Of a DNA stretch of 64,000 bases, positions 38,256 through 48,845 are shown piece after piece; the first letter of the stretch is position 1; each line of letters starts with the position of its first letter. Where the stretch lies: assembly GCA_964468725.1 (NCBI GenBank), contig CAYXVU010000004.1, positions 2,137-66,136 of the forward strand. The letters are read 5' to 3'. Position numbers and translations under genes: made by a program. The notes under the pieces are model-generated. The model made no database searches. It was not told the DNA's origin and saw only the letters and a program-made list of their open reading frames with translations. The DNA comes from an uncultured Clostridia bacterium. GTDB taxonomy: Bacteria > Acidobacteriota > Blastocatellia > UBA7656.

Positions 38256-40442
38256 TTACTGATTGCGGTGGCTGAGGCGCTCGGCCTTTTCATCGTTGGC
38301 GCGTTTGATAATGTAGGCTTGAATCGCTTTCACCTCTTCGACCGTCAGGACCGAGTTGTAGCTCGGCATCCCTCTTGCGGGCAGACCGCCAAGTACGCTG
38401 CCAACGAAGACCTTATGCCGTTCCGCCGGAAGATGTCTCAAGTCACGAATCACGCCGCCACCGACGGCTGCCGCCCCATGGCAAAAGACACAGTATTGAT
38501 TAAACAGGTCACGCCCCTTCGCCACTTCAGATTCCGATGCGGTCAAAGCTGGCGGATCGGGGGTCGCAGCCTCGGGGGCAAGCGCTGGCAAGGTCGCGCT
38601 GCCCCCAACTTTGAAGGTCAATACGCGGCTGATGCAGCGGACATTGGCAGCTTTTGCCATATCGCCGCCGACCAATCCCAATGCGCCTCCCCAACCGACC
38701 ATTACAGTCACATACTGTTCGCCGTTCACCATATAGGTCATCGGCGGCGCAATCACGCCGGTCTGTGCTTCTGCTTGCCACAGGGTCTCGCCCTTGTCGG
38801 CGGAATAAGCAGCGACCTGCCCATCTGCCGTTCCGGTAAAGACCAAATTACCTGCTGTTGCCAACGTCCCCGCATTGAACGGATGCGGATAGCTGACCTT
38901 CCAAACCTCTTTCTGCTGCACCGGGTCCCAAGCGGAGAGTTTGCCGCCAGTAATTTCGAGTATCGTCTTCACACCCGCCGCATCTTCGGGAACCCCTAAA
39001 AAGAGCAGTCCGTTATTGAAGCCGCGCAAGCGCGGCTTGAAAGCGGCATCGTGACCGTAAACAAACGGCACATCCTGCGCCGGTATATAAACCAATCCGG
39101 TCTGCGGGCTGAAGGACATGGGTTGCCAGTTATGCCCGCCGTATGGGCTCGGCCAAACCAGTTTAGGCTCTTTCGTATAATCGGCTTCACCCGTTTCAAA
39201 GGGTCTGCCGGTCTTCAGGTCAACGTGGGAAGCCCAATTGACGTTGACGTACTTTTCCGCTGAGATCAGTTCGCCGGTCGCTCTGTCCAGTACATAAAAG
39301 AAACCGTTCTTCGGGGCTTGCAGAATGACATTTCGTTTGCGACCGTCAATCATCAACTCGGCCAAAATCAAGTGCTGCGTCGCCGTATAGTCCCAACGAT
39401 CTCCGGGCGTCGTTTGATAGTGCCAGGCGTATTCGCCCGAGTCGGCTTTGAGCGCCACGATAGAAGAAAGATACAGGTTATCCCCGCCATCGGGGCTGCG
39501 ATGCAAGCGATTCCAAGGCGCACCGTTGCCGACGCCAATATAGAGCAGATTCAAAGCCGGGTCATAGGCCATCGAATCCCACACCGTGCCGCCGCCGCCA
39601 TATTCATACCACTTGCCTGTCCAGGTTTTGGCCGCTTTCTCCATGACAGAAGATTCAAAGCCCTTTTTCGGGTCGCCGGGAACCGTGAAGAACCGCCACG
39701 CCAGCTTTCCGCTCTTCGCATCATAGGCGCTCACATATCCGCGTACGCCGAATTCAGCCCCGCCATTACCGATCAGAATTCGCCCGCGCGCAATGCGTGG
39801 TGCGCCAGTGATCGTGTATTGGCGGGTGCGATCAATAATCGTGTCAACTCGCCACCTGACCTTTCCGTTGCGCGCATCGAGGGCAACCAGATAGCCATCG
39901 AGCGTGCCGACATAGACTCGGCCTTCGAGGACGGCAACGCCACGATTGACCGCATCGCAGCAGGCATGCACGGCAAAGTCGCGGGGCACTTTCGGATCAT
40001 ATTTCCAAAGCAATTTGCCCGTATCCGCAGCCAATGCATAGACAATGCTGAAAGCGCCCGTCGTATACATAACCCCATCAATAACGATGGGAGTGGCTTC
40101 TGTCCCGCGATCTACATCGAGCCTGTATGACCAGGCCAAGCCGAGTTTGCCGACATTTTTGTCATTGATCTGTTTGAGCGGGCTGAACCGCTGTTCGCTG
40201 AAGGTGCGACCGTGCGCTAGCCAGTTACCATCTTCGCGGTTTCCCTTCTCTGTCTGTTCGATCATCTTCTCTGTCACGCGCGATGCAGGAGACACGCTGC
40301 TGGTTTTGACAGGTTGGCGGTTTTGCAAAGGCGGAGGGATTTCGCCCGTCGCGTGACGATCCGATGAATTGGCGAATTGGACGGCGACGAATCCAAACAG
40401 TAAGACAACGGCTATAACTCGTTTTAACTGGAAGTTTCTCAT
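38256..40442 (-). CDS. Type II quinohemoprotein alcohol dehydrogenase (PQQ beta-propeller plus cytochrome c), Ca-type
   Basis: Signal peptide, vicinal CC in [34 protein letters not shown] and C-terminal CVFCH. Confidence 0.94.
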   Translation of the reverse strand: MRNFQLKRVIAVVLLFGFVAVQFANSSDRHATGEIPPPLQNRQPVKTSSVSPASRVTEKMIEQTEKGNREDGNWLAHGRTFSEQRFSPLKQINDKNVGKLGLAWSYRLDVDRGTEATPIVIDGVMYTTGAFSIVYALAADTGKLLWKYDPKVPRDFAVHACCDAVNRGVAVLEGRVYVGTLDGYLVALDARNGKVRWRVDTIIDRTRQYTITGAPRIARGRILIGNGGAEFGVRGYVSAYDAKSGKLAWRFFTVPGDPKKGFESSVMEKAAKTWTGKWYEYGGGGTVWDSMAYDPALNLLYIGVGNGAPWNRLHRSPDGGDNLYLSSIVALKADSGEYAWHYQTTPGDRWDYTATQHLILAELMIDGRKRNVILQAPKNGFFYVLDRATGELISAEKYVNVNWASHVDLKTGRPFETGEADYTKEPKLVWPSPYGGHNWQPMSFSPQTGLVYIPAQDVPFVYGHDAAFKPRLRGFNNGLLFLGVPEDAAGVKTILEITGGKLSAWDPVQQKEVWKVSYPHPFNAGTLATAGNLVFTGTADGQVAAYSADKGETLWQAEAQTGVIAPPMTYMVNGEQYVTVMVGWGGALGLVGGDMAKAANVRCISRVLTFKVGGSATLPALAPEAATPDPPALTASESEVAKGRDLFNQYCVFCHGAAAVGGGVIRDLRHLPAERHKVFVGSVLGGLPARGMPSYNSVLTVEEVKAIQAYIIKRANDEKAERLSHRNQ

Positions 40443-40652
40443 CGGGCGTTCTCCTCAAATGTAGTGCGTTCGGTGGATGTCCAATCATTGTCTACCAATT
40501 CGATTTTCGCAAGTGATGAGGGAGTCAAACCTTCTTCAAATCACGGTCAATCACCAGCCGATAGTTGATCGGCTGGCACACGCTTTCGCCTGCCGGAGTC
40601 CGTACCATTTATCATCTTTGCGAAGCACACGAGTCCATGCTTATATTCAACG

Positions 40653-42638
40653 GTGATGGAAGATGTTTTCGGCCCAAATGGATTGATCGCGCGCTATCAT
40701 CCAAACTATGAATATCGCCCCGGCCAGATTGAAATGGCGGACTCTGTTCATCAAACGCTCACGGATGGGGGTATCGCGTTGATCGAAGCCGGAACCGGAA
40801 CCGGCAAGACGTTGGCCTATCTGCTGCCTGCACTGGCCGCCGGTCGTCGCGTCATCGTTACGACGGCGACGAAAAACTTACAAGAGCAATTGGCCAACAA
40901 AGATATCCCCTTTTTACAAGACATCATCCCACGTAAATTCAAAGCCATCTGCATGAAAGGCCGCGCCAATTATGTTTGCCTACACAAATTGAAGAAGGCC
41001 GAACAGATGCCGATGCTCAACGGCATGGAAGAGGTAGATTATTTCGATGAGATTCGGCGTTGGGCGGGAGAGACACCGACGGGTGATCGCGCTGAACTCA
41101 TTGACTTGCCGGAAAACCTATCGTTCTGGCCGCAGATTGATGCGCGCGCCGAAAGTTGCATTGGGCAGAAGTGTCCGGAGTTCGACAACTGTTTCATCAC
41201 GCAGATGCGACGTGAAGCCATGGAGGCGGATGTCGTCATCGTCAATCATCATCTGTTCTTTGCCGACCTCGGTCTGCGCGGCGGCGATTATGGGCAGGTG
41301 ATTCCCGACTACACGAGCGTTATTTTCGATGAAGCGCACGAGATCGAAAACGTTGCAGCCAGCTATTTTGGAACCAGTGTTTCGAATTTCCGTATTGCCG
41401 ACCTGATTCAAGATGCGCAGAAATTGCCCCTCACCGAACCGGATCAAGCCAGCGACCTTATCAAAGCCTTAGCGCGGTTGAGTCAACGAGCCGATGCCTT
41501 CTGGTTATCCTTTCGCGGCGCGAGTCTGGAAGATCGAAGCCGACGCTTCTCCCGTTTGCCAAACGATAGCGCGCAAGAGAGCCGATTTCCGATTCCTGAA
41601 GATTTCTTCGCACGCGTCCGTCCGGACAATCAATATGAAACGACGGCGGCGGGCGAAGCCTACATCGGATTGGCCAACGCGATCAATCGAATAGCAGCTA
41701 CGCTCAGCGTCGTAAAGAACGCGCCGCCTGAACTCGACAACCTGTTGCGTCGCGCAGAAAGTTTGAAGTTCGACCTCGAACTCATCGTCGAAGGCGCACA
41801 ACCCGGATTTGTCTATTGGTGCGAGAAGCGCGGACGCGCGGTCTTTTTACATGCGACTCCGATTGATGTATCGGGGATCCTGAACGAAAAACTCTTTCAA
41901 CATCTGCATAGTGCGGTCTTAACGTCAGCGACGCTAACGGCAGGCAACAGTTTCGACTTTATCAAATCGCGGCTCGGCATCGCCGATGCCCGCGAAGTGA
42001 TGATCGAATCGCATTTCGATTATGAGCAACAAGCCGTGCTCTATTTGCCGCAAGGCATGCCCGACCCGCGCAGTCACGATTTTTTAGAAGCCTCTGCCGA
42101 TGAAATCGTGCAAATCCTCCACACCACGCAGGGTCGCGCTTTTGTGCTCTTCACCAGCCTAACCTCAATGCGCGAAACCTATGAAATCGTGCGCGATCAC
42201 GTAGATTTTCCGGTCTTCATTCAAGGGCAAGGTTCGAAGGCGGGATTGCTTGAACGCTTTCGCAAGACGGAAGGCGCAGTCTTATTCGCCACCTCCTCAT
42301 TTTGGCAAGGCGTGGATGTGCAAGGCGAAGCGTTATCGTGTGTGATTATTGCGAAGCTGCCCTTTGCCGTACCGACCGATCCGGTGGTCGCCGCGCGGCA
42401 AAAATATCTCGATGAAAATGGCGGGAATTCGTTTTACGACTACTCTGTGCCGGAAGCGATCATTGCGCTCAAACAAGGGTTGGGGCGCTTGATTCGGTCA
42501 TCGAATGATCGCGGCGTGCTTTCGATTCTCGACCCGCGCATCCGCACGAAAGCCTACGGCAAACTCTTCATTCGCAGCCTGCCGCAATGCCCCATCACCG
42601 ATAACATCGAAGATGCCGCGGCGATATTCGAATCGTAA
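40653..42638 (+). CDS. dinG: ATP-dependent DNA helicase of the DinG/YoaA family (Fe-S)
   Basis: Q motif RPGQ, Walker A EAGTGTGKT, Fe-S Cys (YVC...SCIGQKCPEFDNC), DEAH, SFWQGVDV and QGLGRLIRS. Confidence 0.93.
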   Translation: MMEDVFGPNGLIARYHPNYEYRPGQIEMADSVHQTLTDGGIALIEAGTGTGKTLAYLLPALAAGRRVIVTTATKNLQEQLANKDIPFLQDIIPRKFKAICMKGRANYVCLHKLKKAEQMPMLNGMEEVDYFDEIRRWAGETPTGDRAELIDLPENLSFWPQIDARAESCIGQKCPEFDNCFITQMRREAMEADVVIVNHHLFFADLGLRGGDYGQVIPDYTSVIFDEAHEIENVAASYFGTSVSNFRIADLIQDAQKLPLTEPDQASDLIKALARLSQRADAFWLSFRGASLEDRSRRFSRLPNDSAQESRFPIPEDFFARVRPDNQYETTAAGEAYIGLANAINRIAATLSVVKNAPPELDNLLRRAESLKFDLELIVEGAQPGFVYWCEKRGRAVFLHATPIDVSGILNEKLFQHLHSAVLTSATLTAGNSFDFIKSRLGIADAREVMIESHFDYEQQAVLYLPQGMPDPRSHDFLEASADEIVQILHTTQGRAFVLFTSLTSMRETYEIVRDHVDFPVFIQGQGSKAGLLERFRKTEGAVLFATSSFWQGVDVQGEALSCVIIAKLPFAVPTDPVVAARQKYLDENGGNSFYDYSVPEAIIALKQGLGRLIRSSNDRGVLSILDPRIRTKAYGKLFIRSLPQCPITDNIEDAAAIFES

Positions 42639-42674
42639 AGATTTCGCGTCCTCATATCGTGACATCAAATAAAA

Positions 42675-42914
42675 TCAGGCGGCGTCGAAAAGCTTCTGCG
42701 CCAGGTTTTTACCTGCGGTTGGCGGTGGTAGCGGCTTGCCATCGCGTTTCAGAATGTCAATCCATTCATCCACAATTTGACAGAGTTCCGCATAAACCTG
42801 CGCTTCATCCGCCCCGTGACAACACGGGCCGATGATACCCGGGCATTGTCCAACAAAACCTTGATCTTCATCTGACCATTCAACAATTTTCACATAACGC
42901 GCACTATCATTCAT
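42675..42914 (-). CDS. hicB: Short HicB-family antitoxin
   Basis: Partial RNase H-like pattern YVKIVEWSDED.GFVG.CP...CHG...W.....DGKPLP, overlapping hicA by 4 nt. Confidence 0.8.
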   Translation of the reverse strand: MNDSARYVKIVEWSDEDQGFVGQCPGIIGPCCHGADEAQVYAELCQIVDEWIDILKRDGKPLPPPTAGKNLAQKLFDAA

Positions 42915-43105
42915 GACTGTGCCTCTCGAATCTTTCTCTTTACTTCGCGTTCTTGATAGGGCTTGGCATCGTTGCCAGTCCGTCCGGAAATTGTGATACG
43001 AATCCCTTTGGGATGTTCATAATTTCGATGACTGCCCTTCCCTCCGCGATTGACGAATCCTGCTGCTTCCAAGTCCTGAATCAGTTCTCGGATTTTACGC
43101 GGCAT
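42911..43105 (-). CDS. hicA: HicA-family mRNA interferase toxin
   Basis: LEAAGF...GGKGSHRNYEHP motif in a 64-aa basic protein. Confidence 0.9.
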   Translation of the reverse strand: MPRKIRELIQDLEAAGFVNRGGKGSHRNYEHPKGIRITISGRTGNDAKPYQEREVKRKIREAQS

Positions 43106-43162
43106 CGTTTGTACACTACCGACGGGTAGATTCTCGCTGACTTCTTCGCACCGCGCAACAAG

Positions 43163-45217
43163 CTACTTACGCATCAGAACGACGGGCGACTGCTCGGCAG
43201 AGCGCACGGCGCTGAAAAACTTTTTCACCGCTTCGTATTGCGTTGGCGGAATGATTACATTGCGAACGGTCAGGCTGCGATAAAAATGCAGGTGGCCGTC
43301 TTTGACCTCGTAGCTTGTCACATAGCTGCCAAACGGAACATCGAGTTTCACAGGATCGGGCATTTCATCAACCGACAGCCCTTCGGGGAGTTTGATCTTC
43401 GCTCTCTCCGTATAGGCTTCGGACTCCAGCATAATCGCGCGGCGACGCGTCGGATTGGTTAAGGCTAACGCTTCGCCACGTGAAACCAACGCCGGTTTGA
43501 AGACCAACAACCGTCCGCTCATCACTTGCCCGTAACGCGGGGCGTTGAACTCAACATCCAGAGAGAATCGCCCGGCCATCAAATCGTCTGCCGGTTCCAC
43601 TTTGGTGATGCTGGCTCCGCTGACGCTTCGCATAATCCACCCCTCGACGAGTTTGACATAATCCGAGCGCGGCAGGCCGAGAAACGCGCGTCGCTCATTG
43701 ACGGCAGCTTGGCCCGTCGAACGCTCGCGCACATTCACTTGAATGCTGCCATCGGCAGCTAAAGAGGCATCCACGTTGCGCTCCATCAGATTCGCTTCCG
43801 GCGGGGTTACCGGCATCCGCAACAGTGCGCCATCTTCACCAGCGATGAGGAGCGCAAGGCTTCCCTGTTCGTGGTCGGGCAAATCACCAACCGGCGTCGT
43901 GTCATCTGTAGGGTCAAAGATGAGCAAGTGTCCTAACTTCGCGTGATTGACAATCGTGGGCGATTTGGTTTCCTCACTCACTTTGATGGCAATGATGCAG
44001 TGGTTGAATTGTTGCGGGGACGGCCATTCTTCGCGCACATAGGTCGGATCGCCCGAATAGATGCAAACCAGATAGGAAGGGATATTGATCGCGCGCAACA
44101 TGGCGCGCATCAAATTGGCTTTATCTTTGCAATCACCATACGATTTGGCGAAGACTTCGATGGCCGAGTGCGGACGATAGCCGCCGCCGCGTCCGACGCC
44201 GGTTTGAATCGAGACATAATTGATTTTTTGCACGAAGCGACCGATGGCCTGAATCTTCTCATATTCGGTCTTTGCGTTGGCAATCAGTTGCCTCGCCTTT
44301 CCGGCCAGCGCATCGTCAAGGGTCGCCTGCGACTCGCTGAGAGTGGTCAACCATTTTGATACCGTTTGCCAGCTATCAAAGCTCGCCGCCGCATTCGATT
44401 TTCCGGGAGATGGAAAATAACTGACTGCCAGTCGTGGGGCAATTTGGGTTAGCGGCGGCGCGGATGGTTCCTCTTCAATAAACGGCAGGTCGCGCAGTTC
44501 CCAGCTATAGGCTGAGCCGTTGACAGACGGCTCGATAGGGGGGCGGTTGAAGGTCACGCCTTCGGCGCGCCACCCAGTCGGCAAGATGATGGCGAAGCGT
44601 GAGAGCATGGTCGGCAAATTGTTTTGAAATTGAAACTCGAATTGTGTGAAGACCGAGCGATCTTCCATCGTCCATTCATACCCAAATAGCGCCCCCGGCT
44701 CGGCGTCATCGGTTGCTAGGATGACTCTTCTTCGCACATCGCCATAAACATCATTAGGTGAAACGGCCACATCCGCCACTTCGTTCTTATCGTACTTCTT
44801 CACTTCGCCCGAAGAGCGTACCAACCAAGCGCGAAAATCTTTCACCTTCCCGGTATCCGTCATGTACAACAGACTGGCGCCTGCGACCTTGCGCCCCTCG
44901 CCGGTCAAAATCCGCATCGCGCCGCGCTCAACGGTCACAACTTTTCCATCTTCTTCGACGCGGATGCTCTGCTCGTTGAGCAAGACCAGAGCCGGAACGC
45001 GACGATCTTGTGTGGGAGCAGGGTTCGCGCTGGCTTGTTTGAGCCATTGCGGTACCTCTTGTGCAAGGGCATAACCTTGATTGGCTATCGCAATCAAGAT
45101 GAAAAGGATACTCCCTCGAAAAATGGTCAGCCCAACGATTCGCGTTTGCAGGTTGCTGGGATGCTTGCCCGACCGGTTCCACTGATGAATTTGCCTCATA
45201 ATCGAAACTCCGTTCAC
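43163..45217 (-). CDS. Exported DUF3857 plus transglutaminase-like protein with an intact Cys-His-Asp triad
   Basis: YGDCKDKA, FNHCI and FDPT motifs, with a signal-like N-terminus. Confidence 0.88.
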   Translation of the reverse strand: MNGVSIMRQIHQWNRSGKHPSNLQTRIVGLTIFRGSILFILIAIANQGYALAQEVPQWLKQASANPAPTQDRRVPALVLLNEQSIRVEEDGKVVTVERGAMRILTGEGRKVAGASLLYMTDTGKVKDFRAWLVRSSGEVKKYDKNEVADVAVSPNDVYGDVRRRVILATDDAEPGALFGYEWTMEDRSVFTQFEFQFQNNLPTMLSRFAIILPTGWRAEGVTFNRPPIEPSVNGSAYSWELRDLPFIEEEPSAPPLTQIAPRLAVSYFPSPGKSNAAASFDSWQTVSKWLTTLSESQATLDDALAGKARQLIANAKTEYEKIQAIGRFVQKINYVSIQTGVGRGGGYRPHSAIEVFAKSYGDCKDKANLMRAMLRAINIPSYLVCIYSGDPTYVREEWPSPQQFNHCIIAIKVSEETKSPTIVNHAKLGHLLIFDPTDDTTPVGDLPDHEQGSLALLIAGEDGALLRMPVTPPEANLMERNVDASLAADGSIQVNVRERSTGQAAVNERRAFLGLPRSDYVKLVEGWIMRSVSGASITKVEPADDLMAGRFSLDVEFNAPRYGQVMSGRLLVFKPALVSRGEALALTNPTRRRAIMLESEAYTERAKIKLPEGLSVDEMPDPVKLDVPFGSYVTSYEVKDGHLHFYRSLTVRNVIIPPTQYEAVKKFFSAVRSAEQSPVVLMRK

Positions 45218-47202
45218 TGCTTCTCGGCATTCTGCTTGAGAGTCAGCGTGTGATTATCCCGCTCATGCAGAATATCAAATACCCGCTTCAGATTGGGATA
45301 GGATTCGACAGGAAATAGAATCATTCCGTTATTGCCAAAGATGAATTTTCTTTCGTATTGAATGGCGCGCCCGCCATCGAGCGTGCGGATGCGAACGTTG
45401 TACTGCCCGACGCGTTCCACATTAAACGGTCCCGGAGAATCCGCACTATCGAGCGTGTAGCCTTCCGGCAACGCAATCTCTACCCGATCCTCTTCCGACC
45501 AGGGGAAATCAAAGTAGATGGGATGCTTGCGATTACTGGTCTGAAACAAGGCGCCAACCCCTTTTTGAAAGAAAGCCGGTTGCAAAAACAACCGTTTGCC
45601 AGTGCGTTGGGCGTATTCCGGCACACGAATGTGAAATTGATAGACGAATGGCTGGACAGCGTCCGTGACATTCTCGATGCGGATATTGGCGAGTTCTGCC
45701 GTGCTCATTCGTTCTTTAACCGATTCGTACAATATCTTTTCGCGTTCGGTCGGAGATTCATCGTCATTGTTCTCTTTGTATTGAAAAGCATAGTGTCCGG
45801 TGTATTCGATCTTTATATCGCCTTCCAATGTGCCTTCGCCGTCGAGGGTTAATTTCGCTGTGCGACGAATGGCACTCTTCTCCGCAGCAGAAAATGGGAT
45901 GCTCACAAAGGCGGGCTGCTTCGAATCGCAAAGCAAAGCCTGCACGCCTTCCGACCACCACCCGACCATGCCATACGGTACATAGGTGCTGGCCGGGTCA
46001 AAGAAACGCCATTGCTCCCCAACTTTGACCGCCACTATGAAATCTCGCAGGAAGTAGGCAGCGGTCACATCGCGCTTGAAGAATGTATCGTTGCGCGGGG
46101 CCAGCCAGGCGGTTCGAGCTTCAAACCCGGCTGCGGTTGCCAGCGCGGCAAACAGCATGTTGATATCGAACCCGCTGCCAAAACCGCGTTTGAGCGTATC
46201 GGAAGGCGATTTATTCTCATCTACTTTCGCCAAATCCTTATCGCTCATGCCGGAAGCGTCATCCGAAGCGTTTTTAATCTTGCTGCGACAAAGCTCAAAG
46301 AGGCGCGCGATCTTCTCATCCGGAGATGGCGAATCCCCGATTGCCGCCGCTGCCGCTTTCTTCACGTCGCCATTAACCGACATATACTCTTTCGTCCCCT
46401 CGTGAAAACGAGCGGCGATTTTCGGCCAAAAGCGGTCGGGAGGCTCGGCCTTGTCACGGGAATAGTAGAGCAACATCCAAGTTTTGAGTTCGTCTTCAGG
46501 CGGCATTTGAGGCTCTTCTCGAAAGGCTGGCATATTGGTCATCGTAACACTGTAGAATCCGTCTTTCTCTTTAACGATGGGAACGTCCTGCCCATTGAAC
46601 GTAATCGAACTCATCCCCACAGTGGCGAAACCGCTTTCCAGTCTGGCGGGTTTGATCTGATATTTTACGCGCTGGATGGGAATCTCACGTTGAAAATAGA
46701 GACGCAAATTATTCGCCAGTTGATTGCGGCGATACTCGCGCCAACGATATTCGATGATTGAACCCGGTTCGACAGCGGGCATAGCGAATGACTTATTCTT
46801 AATCTTCAAACCACCTACTTTCACAATCACTCTTTCGAAAACAGCATCCTTCGCCAGAGGAACAATCGAACCGTCCGCTTTGATGGTACGACCGGCGATG
46901 TCTTTCACATCCGTGCCATTGAGGAAAGGAATATCAACTTTGTAATGCTCCTCTTTGCCGCGTTCGGTGAAGATTTTGATGCGAATGTAATGCTCAAAGA
47001 CCAAATCTTGCCCGGCGTCATTGATTCGCACTTCCCACAATAAAACTTCGGCATCCGCGTCCTTTTCGACGAGGGGCGACTTTAACGACAGGTGGGCTGG
47101 CTCTACGGGCTTCCAATCATCGGCGGCAACCTCCGGCACAACATTTAAGGCTAGAACGCAGACCAGCATCAAGATGACAAACAAAGACAGACGATTCTTC
47201 AT
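45214..47202 (-). CDS. Exported DUF3857 plus transglutaminase-like protein with a degenerate catalytic site
   Basis: Same architecture as the neighbour, but GSGFDINMLF occupies the GDC position, there is no triad His (FLRDFIVAV) and FFDP is retained. Signal peptide present. Confidence 0.85.
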   Translation of the reverse strand: MKNRLSLFVILMLVCVLALNVVPEVAADDWKPVEPAHLSLKSPLVEKDADAEVLLWEVRINDAGQDLVFEHYIRIKIFTERGKEEHYKVDIPFLNGTDVKDIAGRTIKADGSIVPLAKDAVFERVIVKVGGLKIKNKSFAMPAVEPGSIIEYRWREYRRNQLANNLRLYFQREIPIQRVKYQIKPARLESGFATVGMSSITFNGQDVPIVKEKDGFYSVTMTNMPAFREEPQMPPEDELKTWMLLYYSRDKAEPPDRFWPKIAARFHEGTKEYMSVNGDVKKAAAAAIGDSPSPDEKIARLFELCRSKIKNASDDASGMSDKDLAKVDENKSPSDTLKRGFGSGFDINMLFAALATAAGFEARTAWLAPRNDTFFKRDVTAAYFLRDFIVAVKVGEQWRFFDPASTYVPYGMVGWWSEGVQALLCDSKQPAFVSIPFSAAEKSAIRRTAKLTLDGEGTLEGDIKIEYTGHYAFQYKENNDDESPTEREKILYESVKERMSTAELANIRIENVTDAVQPFVYQFHIRVPEYAQRTGKRLFLQPAFFQKGVGALFQTSNRKHPIYFDFPWSEEDRVEIALPEGYTLDSADSPGPFNVERVGQYNVRIRTLDGGRAIQYERKFIFGNNGMILFPVESYPNLKRVFDILHERDNHTLTLKQNAEKQ

Positions 47203-47301
47203 AACCTTATTCTCCCTTTAGGCATGAAAATTGACTGACGAATACTCTCAACTTAATGATTTAGCGTGAGAATTTCCTCACTAAGGCGGCGCGCAGAGGC
47301 G

Positions 47302-47330
47302 ATTATAATCATCGTCATTCCGCTTGTAAA
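47302..47330 (-). promoter_or_regulatory. Near-consensus sigma70 promoter for the DUF3857 pair
   Basis: Minus strand TTTACA (47330-47325), 17-nt spacer, TATAAT (47307-47302), 100 nt upstream of ATG 47202. Confidence 0.7.
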
Positions 47331-47358
47331 TGTTTAGAAACTCTTCTGTCAGGAGTGC

Positions 47359-48780
47359 CTACTGAAAGACTCGGTCGAGTTGGATAATCTCAATGGCTTT
47401 GGGGGTTACGGGCAGATCATATCGCTCAATTATCCGATCTTCTTCCAATACTTCGGATGGCGGCAGAGAGGCATAGTGAATAGGTGAGGGCAGGTTTTCT
47501 ATTATCGCCTGGCGAAATCCGCTCGCATCATCCGTCACAACTACGATCTTGAGGTTTTCGGACTGTAAGTATTTTCGAATCACGCGATTGACCTCTTCAC
47601 AGGTCAAGGTTCTCAATTGTTGGCGAATATAATCGGAGAAGGCAGGGATGCCATAAAACCGGCTATCGAGCGCGTACCCAAGCCGCGCGTCTTGCGACTT
47701 AGTCAGCAGATTGACGAACTTCATTAAAAACTGTCGTGTTCCGATGAATTGTTCTTCGGTCATCCCTTCAGTGACGAGTTTGTGCAATTCAAAGAGCGCC
47801 GCACGCAAAGCGAATCGAGCATTCGCCGGTTCAACCGGACGAATCCACACTTGAAAAATCTGCTGCTGACGAGCCAAATTCGGATCGGGGTGGAACAGAT
47901 ACATGCCGCGCGGAAAGTATTCGAGATAGGCATAATCGCCATAATTGAGGCCGCGCACCTGTCGCAGTCGTTGATACAGATGGGAATTGCTCGAACGATG
48001 TTGGCCGAAGTGCGATTGCGCGACCAGTAAGGCAGGCCAATCCGCGTGGGCGCGCGTGATTGAAATCGGATGGCCAAAAGAGATGGCAACGCCGCGCGTT
48101 TCTTTGGCAATGACTCGCCATTGCAGACCGTTGATAACTTCCGGCTCCGGCGCGGCCAGAGTGGAAGGGTTACCCAGCGGCAATGCCGATACCATATCCC
48201 TCTTGATCTGTTCGGAAAAGTTTCCCTCGTAGCCACCGGCCAATCCGATTATCAGATTTGCCTGTGTGTAATGTTGATGATAGAACTGCTGGACATCCGC
48301 GAGGGTTATGCGTTCCAATGCCGTTATACATCCGAGGTTGTGATGACCATAGGGGTGATTCGTATAAATGAAATTGTAGAGCTCCTCTTTTCCTAACTCT
48401 TCGTCATTTTGCTCGCGCAGGTTGATTCGAAGAAAGTTAATGGCATCTTCTCGAAGTCGCTTAAAGTCGTCTTCTCGCCAACCCGGGTCGAGAAGCATGG
48501 CAGAGATGATTTCATAATAGGCTGGCAAATTATCCACATGGGTTGCCCCGATAAAGACTGTCATCTCCTTATCCACTTGTGCAGCAAACGCGGTGGCCAT
48601 CGGATACATGGCGCGCACGATCTCTTCATACTTCATCAGCCGACTACCTCCACCGGCCAAACAGGCAGCCGTCAGCGCGGCAAGCCCTGCTTTACCCGGC
48701 GGGTCGAAAGCAGCGCCAACAGTGAAGAGCAACCGCAGGCTAACGAGAGATGAGGAGTCGGGCAGCAGCACTTCGTCCAA
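47359..48780 (-). CDS. M16 (insulinase-like) peptidase, non-catalytic subunit
   Basis: No HxxEH motif (GLAALTAACL at the equivalent site) but a C-terminal R/Y substrate motif LRQVRGLNYG. TTG start with AAAGGA RBS. Confidence 0.85.
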   Translation of the reverse strand: MDEVLLPDSSSLVSLRLLFTVGAAFDPPGKAGLAALTAACLAGGGSRLMKYEEIVRAMYPMATAFAAQVDKEMTVFIGATHVDNLPAYYEIISAMLLDPGWREDDFKRLREDAINFLRINLREQNDEELGKEELYNFIYTNHPYGHHNLGCITALERITLADVQQFYHQHYTQANLIIGLAGGYEGNFSEQIKRDMVSALPLGNPSTLAAPEPEVINGLQWRVIAKETRGVAISFGHPISITRAHADWPALLVAQSHFGQHRSSNSHLYQRLRQVRGLNYGDYAYLEYFPRGMYLFHPDPNLARQQQIFQVWIRPVEPANARFALRAALFELHKLVTEGMTEEQFIGTRQFLMKFVNLLTKSQDARLGYALDSRFYGIPAFSDYIRQQLRTLTCEEVNRVIRKYLQSENLKIVVVTDDASGFRQAIIENLPSPIHYASLPPSEVLEEDRIIERYDLPVTPKAIEIIQLDRVFQ

Positions 48781-48845
48781 GCAGATGATTTCCTTTCTGA
48801 CCCGCAGTTCGGGCTAGCAGAACAGCTTTGATGAAACCGCTCCGT

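Noticed and set aside
38094-40130. Long plus-strand ORFs of 301 aa and 270 aa
   Set aside because: Antisense shadows of the PQQ dehydrogenase with no recognisable domain.
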